This document shows positions 20,501-29,500 of a stretch of 64,000 nucleotides of DNA, one piece after another (position 1 is the first letter of the stretch; each line of letters starts with the position of its first letter). The position numbers and the translations under genes are program-made. This stretch comes from a virus, in the IMG/VR virus record IMGVR_UViG_3300046821_000076, positions 1 to 64,000 of that record; one strand, 5' to 3'. The notes under the pieces are model-generated. The model was not told the origin of the DNA and searched no databases. It saw only the letters and a list, made by a program, of their open reading frames with translations.

Positions 20501-23500
20501 AGTAGTAGCCTTGGACCAATCACCTTTAAATAAGTCCTTTGGCTTAATCTTACTGCGCGCTTGGCTGAATGCCTTATCTAACTCAGCATAACTAATAGAT
20601 AGTCCACGTTCTTTAGCTACAGCTTTCGTAGCTGCGTATACTGCCTCTACTGCAAAGCGTTCTAAAGGCTGTAGGATATATCCACTCAATACTGCCTTAT
20701 CAGAAGTGACTGTTGTATTAGTTGCAATAGCATCCTGCCATACAGATTCAGGATCATTACTTAAACCAATACTATCAAACAGACCTGTATCCATACGATC
20801 AAAGATAGGTAGAGCAAACTCATCCATAGTCTCTTTAAGCTGAGCATCAAAGTTTGTACCTGTACCTTGTAACTGCTCCATTAGATCAGTAAGGTTCATA
20901 GCTTTAACAGATTGCTGAGCTTTACGTAATGAAGCTCCTAGTATGCTGCTAGGAACATTAGCTAAGCTATATGCTTTGGTGTTCTCCGCTCCTTCGCTTA
21001 ATGTTAGTACGCTTCCAATTAAAGCCTCTAATCCAGTGATCTCACCTGACTCTAACTCAACAGGTTTTAAACCAAAAGCTTGAGAGATAAGCTTAGAGGT
21101 CGCTTTAACGAAGTCTTCTAGTCCACGTTTGCGTGTAGCTTTAACTTTCATCTGATTAAGTAGCATTGCTACTTCAGGACGTTCAAAGACAGTAGATACA
21201 AACTCATGATTATTCTTAATTGCATAAGCTACCCCGTCTGTTGGAGTAATGCCTTGATTAGCTAAGAACTTCACAAACTGTTCACGTAATGCAGTAATCT
21301 CTTTAGCTGCAGGAGTATCATTCTTCTCCAGTGCTAGGAAAGTAACTGCGTGCATCAATTCATGGATAGCAATAGCAGGAATAAAGTTACCGTTAGCATC
21401 TGCAGTTAGATAGATAACTGGCTTACCATCAACATTAGAATTAAACCAACCATATCTACCCTTACTCCAGTGCTCCAAAGCTCTAGGATCGGTAGCGTGT
21501 AATACACGTACTTCTAACTGCTCAGGTAAAGCTTGCTTAACTAGATTGTACATCTGCCCACTAAGTACAGTAGCTAGGTTAGGATTCACATCCTTAGTTT
21601 TGTTAGTGTCATGTGCAATAGCAAAGTTGAGTACTTTGATGTTTATAGGAGTGTCTTTAGGTACATTGCTTAGATAGAGCTGAGTTGTATTCTTATCTAC
21701 ACCAGTCTCAATCTTTTCTTCTGCAACCTTAGTTACTTCTGCAACTGGAGCATCTTGATAAATACCTTTTGCACCTACCACACCAAAGATACTATCTAAC
21801 TGTACAGCTTGTGGAACTAACTGTTTAATAGCCTCTTCACGTTTAGCTCTAACCTCTACTAGCTTCTCTTCAATACGTTTGATATCTGATTCAACAATTT
21901 TATACTCACCACCTTCTAAACCATATTGGTTTACATATGCGTACTCTAAGAGTGTATTAAGTTTTGCAATGTCTCGATCAAAGGCCGCATCCAACAATAA
22001 AGCTACTGCATCTCCAATAGAACTATTAGGAGCAAGATTACCTTTAGCGTCATACACATCATTAGCGTGAGATTTATTAATACTCTGAGCTGCCTTTTGC
22101 AATTCTGCTTTAGATGCTAGTTGTGCTTTAGAATCTAAACCAAGAAAAGCAACTAATGGTTTAAGAGACCCAGTAATCATGTTGGAGTTGAAATCTACTT
22201 CGATAAGAGCATCAGTAGTTACTTTGTTTAGCTCTTTAGCAAACTGACGTCCTTTACCTACAATAGCTGTTAAAGCATCATGGATGTTCATAGTTACCCA
22301 ATTACCTAATTGAGTATGGGCAATACCTGCATCGGTAGAGTGAACACCTTTAGGATTATTTGCTACACCTGCTGGAACAATCTCATACGTCTTAGCTTGT
22401 TGGGTTACATGGTATGTGTACTTAGATGAAGAGCTTGGTTTGAAACTTCCATCTTCGTTATTTAAACCAAGACTATTAACCTTACGTGCACCGAAGATAT
22501 AGAACTCTGATTTATCCCGAGCTTGATCGCTACGCTTAGATGCAATCTTAACTAGAGGTAGTGAAGACTCTTCTGTATTCGTACTCTTACCTGCTAGGTA
22601 TGACTTGAATGTAGGCATGTCTTTACGTAGATCAACAAGAATCTGTTCATGAGCTTCTTTAGACAGACCTTCTACCTTCTTCACATCTTCAGGTAATGCT
22701 TCAGTACGCTTAGCTACTTCTGCATCATATACCGGTTTAAATAAACCCACAGCTAGCTGTCCTGCAGAAGTAATGTCATCACGAGCTTTGATGTACTCAG
22801 GGTAAGCTTCTTTAATAAACTCAGATACCACATGCATTAGCGGTTCTTCTAAAGCTTTACTGATAGCCTTATCTTGTTGAGGAGTTAAAACCAAGTTAAG
22901 AAGATCAGCATCATCTTTAACGTGTTCGTCAGCTTTCAAACCTCCACGTTTTAACAAGTAGTTTAATTTTTCAATAAACAACTTACGTGAAACACTATCT
23001 ACAGATTCTGAACTGTACTTTTCTAAACCAGAAAGAATACTGTCTTTAATGTCTCCAATAATCCCTGCTGCTGTAGCTGGATTGCCAGAAGAGAAGTTAA
23101 TCACTGTAGTAATTGTCTTAGTACCTTTACGCTCTAGCATCTTAGGATGTAGTACTTGAACTGCTTGAAGTACTTCACGAGTAATACTCTCAGCAGGTAC
23201 ATCTGAATTCTTAGCGTAAGCTACACGTCCTGCTTTAGCAGGAGCTAATGCAATAGCATTACGTAGATGAGTAATGTTGTACTCATACATATCAGCATTA
23301 CCTAAGTCCTTATACTGAGGGACGTTAGTAATACCGTCAGATTCTTTATACATACCACCTGCTCCATACATACCAGCAGCAAGAGTATTCATAAGTACTT
23401 GGGTTAAGAACGGACCATTAGTTACACCATCCACTTCTAAAGAGATATCCACTTCAAACGCTGTATCTTTATTTGAAGTAAAAGCATTCTTGAAAGAAAT

Positions 23501-26500
23501 TAGATTTACTAACGCTTTAAGAGACTGGGCTTTCATACCTGCTTTATTAACAGCAGCTACTACTTTCTCTACCTGCTCTACAGGAACATTATCACCATTG
23601 ATCATCTTCTCTAGGATAATCAATACTTCTGTACCTGTACCATCACCTCGTAATGCCCACTCTAAATATTGTGGGGCATAGTTAAGGATTTGAGTTTTAT
23701 CAGCAGTAGTTGATACACCTTCAGGCATTAAATCTTCAGTAAGTAAAGCTACTGTCTGAATGAATTCACCTAATGGAGTGATTGTATTGGTTTGACTATC
23801 TAATAGAGCTTCAGTATTACCAGTCTTAAAGAATGCTTTGATACCATCACGTTCTACAGAAGTCATAGGGAACTTAACACGATGCTCTTTAAGCTCTACT
23901 AACCCACGGTGTAACTTACTAGCTACAGGATTAAGATCATTAGCCATGTGAGAACGTTGTTGGTTCTGTACTTCCTGTTCTAGATAGAAATCGTTATCTA
24001 AACCAAAACGAGATTTAGCTAGAGTATCTACACTTGCTTCATAGATTTGAATCTCACGTTCAATGCTTTGGTTATTAGCTTTAATACCATCACGCTTCAT
24101 TGCTTGCTTTTTGTTAATCTCTGCTTCTGTAAGCTTACCGTACATACGATCACGTAAGGCTTTCAATGCATCAGTCTCACCTAAAGCAGTGTGTAATTTG
24201 TTTAGAGCCTTATTGATACCCCACTTATACGTATGAGCATTACTTAGAGCTTCTACCTGTGCAGAAGGTATCTGAGTACCTAAACGATCTGTAGTCTTTT
24301 GAGTAACTAGCTTCTCTGCTTTAGGTTTAGATGTACGAATTGGTTTAACTCGCGGAGCTACACCAAATGCTTTAGTAAGAACAGACTCACTACCTTTAGT
24401 TTCATTAAGTACTTTAGCTGACAATCCTGTAGGTTCAAAAGTTTTAGTGCTGTGAGGCAAGTTAATGAAGGTGTATTGATTGATAGCTTTTAACTCTGCT
24501 TCATCAATATCCTGATTATTATGTTCTTTGATGCTTCGTACAATTTCACGTACTGCTGCAGGCTCAATAGTATTCTCCTCTACATAACCTGCCATTGTCA
24601 TACGATGTACTGCAAGCTGACCCAGAGCTACAGCTAACTTACTCTTACGAGTATCAGCCACATCTGACGTAAACTTGAAACCTAGCATATCAATAACTTT
24701 ATTACCGATAGTCTCTGCAGCAGTTGGTTTAGCTGAGCCTACAGCTTTAAGCATGTCATAGATATGATATGGAACAGTTAGATCATTACCTTCAATACCG
24801 AATGCTTTAGGTAAGTTATCCATACGCATTAAAGTACTACCATTCTCCATAATCCAAGAGAATGCTGCGATAGTAATAGCGTCTTCAACTTGAGGTAGTA
24901 ACTGGTCTACTTTCGCATCATTAGCTGCAGTTACTTGAGCATCAAGATCAACAAGATAGTTAGCAAAGTTATTAAACGTCTCTAACCCAGCATCTTCAAG
25001 GAATGTGGTATTTGAATAGATACCTGTAGTAATGTTAGAGAAATTGTAGAACATTCCTCCTAACACTTTCATTGCTTCGTGCTGTTGATCAGTATGGTTA
25101 GGTACTGTCTTTTCTAAGTGGTCCTTAAGTATTTCTGTATACGCAGTATTGTATCCAGATTTAACTTCTTTACTACGTAAACGAGCAGTTACTGACTTAG
25201 GCATATCACGTAACAAAGTAGGTACGATGTTCACAGCTTCACGTACTAAATCATGTTCAGCTAATGGTAAATCTTTATTAGCTTCACGTAATGCTTGAGC
25301 TTCTTTGTTAGCTGCTACTGTAGTACCAAAGTCAGGAACATATTCAGTAGTGGTATCTAAACCTCCAAACATATCTTTAAGCTCATTCTCGTTCAGAGGT
25401 ATGTCGTAGATTTCGTATGGAGTCTCTGAAGTACTAACAAAAGACTCATCAATATTACCTTCGTACTTAGGTTCGATACCCATAGCTGTTAGAGCATTTA
25501 ATGTTGCACGAGTTTCAATTGCTACTTTATCATCAGTGAGTAAAGATTCACCGTTACTGTAGTAAACAGCACGATCATTATTGTCTATGTGAGATTGCTC
25601 ATGACGAAGTAAAAACTCATTAAGTTTTCTAGGTGTATTTAGCTGCTGCTTTAAATAATCCAAAGAATATCCGTATACACCTAACTTAGCTAATACCAGT
25701 TTCTTCTGTTGAGAAGCTTGTTTAGTACGTACAGGAGCATCTTCTTGTACAACCCCTCCGAAGTAATCCCAGAACTCTTTACTGTTTTCAGCATCACGAG
25801 GATTTAACGTAATATTATTATTTTTATCTGTTCTAGCCATAGTAGGAATTGTTGAATCTACTATGTACTCGATACCATCAAACTTACGTACTTCTTGAGT
25901 AGGTAAATTATCATCAGGGGTTTCTTTCTTAATTGGTTTTTTATCTCCTCGAATTGCAGCGAGAAGAGCATCAACTTCAGGAGTTGATCCTTCAAAAGTA
26001 GCAGGAACATAAGCAGCTGTAACCCTTGGATCACTCCCCATTGTAGCTAAGATACTGTTCTGAACTTGAGTAAACAGGCTGTGCTTATCTCGATTGTTTT
26101 TCCAACTAGCATATGGATTTATGTGGAAGTTATCTCCAACTTTAGTCCACCCATCTACAGAAGTATCAAATACAAGTGTGTCTGACTTATTCGGCTTGTC
26201 AGTTAAAATTTTAATATTACGGTCTTTAATAAACGCTTTAGCACGTTCAATTACTAACGACTCGTATGAACGATCAGGGTGTACAATTTTAGCTAGACTC
26301 TCGAGTGTTAACTGCTTTTGCTTTTCCAACTCTTTAAATTGCACTGTTGTCAGACGTAAGAAAGGAGCATGGCTTTCTTCCTTGTTAGCTATACCTTTAG
26401 TCGTAAACTTAACAGTAAGGTCTAAGTCAAAAGCTATGCCATCAAGTACTTGATCAAGCATAATTTTTATAGTGGTAGGGTCTGTTTGTTTCAGTACAAG

Positions 26501-29500
26501 CCCATCATCCATCAAATAAGTTATGCTATCTTCTACTTTATGGTAATCAACAACAGACTTTCCATTAGGCGTTAGCACTGAAGTTTTAGGATCACGTATA
26601 AAGTACTTGTTATACGTTTGAGGATTAGTAGCGTCTATTTCAAATAATTCACCTTTATCTAACCACTCTTTTATTGTGGCATCAGGATTATCTGTAGTTA
26701 CACCATTGAGCTCTATTACCTTACTTGACGAAATATAAGAACCATCATCTTGTTTATTAAACTTAATAGTTAGAGGTTTCAATTCACGGTATTGTGGGGA
26801 AGTTAAACCAGTAAACTGAATGTCTCCTTTATCGTTCACCTTACGTACCATCTTAGGAGTGTTTACTACAGGAGTAGTATCAGCATTAGCATTCAGGTTA
26901 CTTAATTCTCCTTGGTTCTCTACATACGCCTGTTCTTTTAGTTGAGCTGTCTGATCGAGGAGCTTCTCATACACGTTGGTAACTTCATTAGGCATACCTA
27001 CAGTCTTGCCTATCAATTGAACCAAACGTTTGAACATAGAGGTCTTAGCTTTAGACCTATCTACAGGTACAGAGATCTTTTTAAGTTCCTGAATTGCACC
27101 ATACTCTGTAGTACCTACAGTTATGAACTCTGCATTATTGATCAGCATATACTCTAGACGCGAAAGTGTACGTGGATCCTCTTTCTCAAGACGTTCACGA
27201 TTTTGCTCAATATGATCAACAAGTCTAGGTTTGAGTACGTTGTTAATCTCATCCTGAATTTCAGATGAACTATCCAAGTTTTGCATAGTAACTGTATGGT
27301 GGATCTCATGAGCGAAAGCTTCTTGAGGGCTACTTGTTCTAGATATAAGTTCTCCACCATCACGTAGATCAATATAGATCATTGGGATATCGCCTAACTC
27401 AGGGATACGTATGTGGAAAGTTGTATGTCCATTCGAGTATCGCTCAGAATTAGCCAATACTTTTACGTAATCAAAAGGAATACTCTCTACGTCTGTGAAG
27501 ACGTGAATGCCTGCATTGCCATCCGCAGCCTCTACAAGAAAATCATATAACTCATCTAGGTAATTTAAGTCCCCAGTATTCTCCTTCTTACCCTTAATCT
27601 TAAATATAAGATCTTTAAGCTCAGGATCATGTAAGCTAAAACTTGTATTAAGGAGTTCAGTTGGTACGGTCAGATACTCGAGTTTTGTAGTCTCTTCTGA
27701 ATCCTCCTCCTCCCCCTTCTTAGGAGTATTTACTACAGGAGCGTTACTTTTTTTCTTTGGTTTCCACTCGCCAGGGGATACTTCTTCATAACCTTTAAGA
27801 GCAAGCTCTGCTGCTACCTCACGTACACCCACGTTGTCAGTACGTTTACGGTTATGTGCATCGTCAGTAATAATAATAGCACCTGCTTCAATAGCTTTAT
27901 GCAACTCTGCTTTATCAAAAGGAATACGATCTTCACGATTACTCTCAGCAGAAACAAACACTACATCATCAGAAGTATATGTACCTGTATTAGCAGACTC
28001 TCCAAAATCTTTTGCATATTGAGCAGTAGAAGATTGAGCAGAACCTTGACCAATAAACTTAGTAGCCTTGTCTGCTTTAGCTTGATGTTTAGCAAGGTAA
28101 GATGACTTACCTGTAAGAACAACACCTTTAGTCTCTGGGGTTGTTCCAGAGGGTTGAGTTGTAGTAGGTACAACAGAACCCACACCTGAGTCATCAAACT
28201 GAATCTCAGTATTAGATAAGTCTGGTTTAATACTATCTAGATCCACAGGCTCTAACTGTAAAGACGATTCATCAATACCTTCCCAGATATTCTCATCAGG
28301 ATTTACTGGAGTATTTTGAGGAGTACTCTTACCTTTTGCTTGGTTTGCTTGTGCTTGTTGCTGTCTTCCTTCATCAGCTAACTGTTGTGCTTCTAGATCA
28401 ACACCGTTGCTCGTATCTAGGCTATCAGCCATTTGCTGCATACGTTCCATAGGATCGCTAGTATCATTCGTAGAACGAGCAGCTAGAGCATCTACAGAAG
28501 CCTTAACTTTATTGATTAAGTTAGACTCCATAGAAATAGCTGATACTAGGCTTTCTGAGTGTCCATACCCCCCTGGATTGTACTTAATATTTAACGCACC
28601 ATTCTCACGAGTATTCTCAATTGTGTCACCAGTATTGATAAACCATTTATTCTCGCCTGCAACACGAGCTACTTGTACAACAGTACCTGGAGCAGCTTTA
28701 GCAGCTTCCCATGCTTGCGTTATTGTATCTGCTTTAGACTGATGACTCTTAGCAAAGCGATCTAACATTTTAGAAGTAACTTCTTGCATACGAGTATTAC
28801 CGGATGCTACTGCCTTACTCATATCATCCATATAAGACATGATTGGTTTAGAGTAGTCTGAACCATTAATAATATCTTTACTTACTCGTTTGATAGACTG
28901 AGTATCATCATATGCTTGACGTGCTTCAGACAGGGTACGAAGTACTTCACGATCAGCTTCAGCATACTTAACATCTTTAGATGCTTTAGCTAACTCTGCT
29001 GCAGTATATGAAGAAGGTGCTCCAAGAATCTTAGATGGAATAGTAGTAGGGTTATTAGATAGATCATCTGCTAGAGCTTCAGAGTTATTACGAATCTCAG
29101 TAGCTTTGTTTAATTGGTTTATTAAACCAGAGTATTCTTTCTTAACTCGATCTGCATATTCAGGATCGTTAGCATTAGCATCAATCTCTGCCATTACAGC
29201 ATCTGCGTTAGCAAGTGCTTCTTCTAACTGAGCTACTTGAGGGTTAGAAGGATCAGTATCTTTAGCACTTTGTACTTGTGCTCGGAACTCTTCTACACCT
29301 GTACGTGTACCTTCTACGTCTCCAAGAGATTCAATGATGTTCTCTAAGATATCTAAACGACTAGCAGAAGCTCGTAATACCTCTTCCTGTTTAGCTTTAA
29401 TCTCTTGCTTAGCTTCAGGGGTTTCAGCTTGAGATGCTTCCTGTGTCATACGTACAGTAGCCGCTTTAGGATTAAAGTTAGGAGAGCTAGGAGATGCAAA

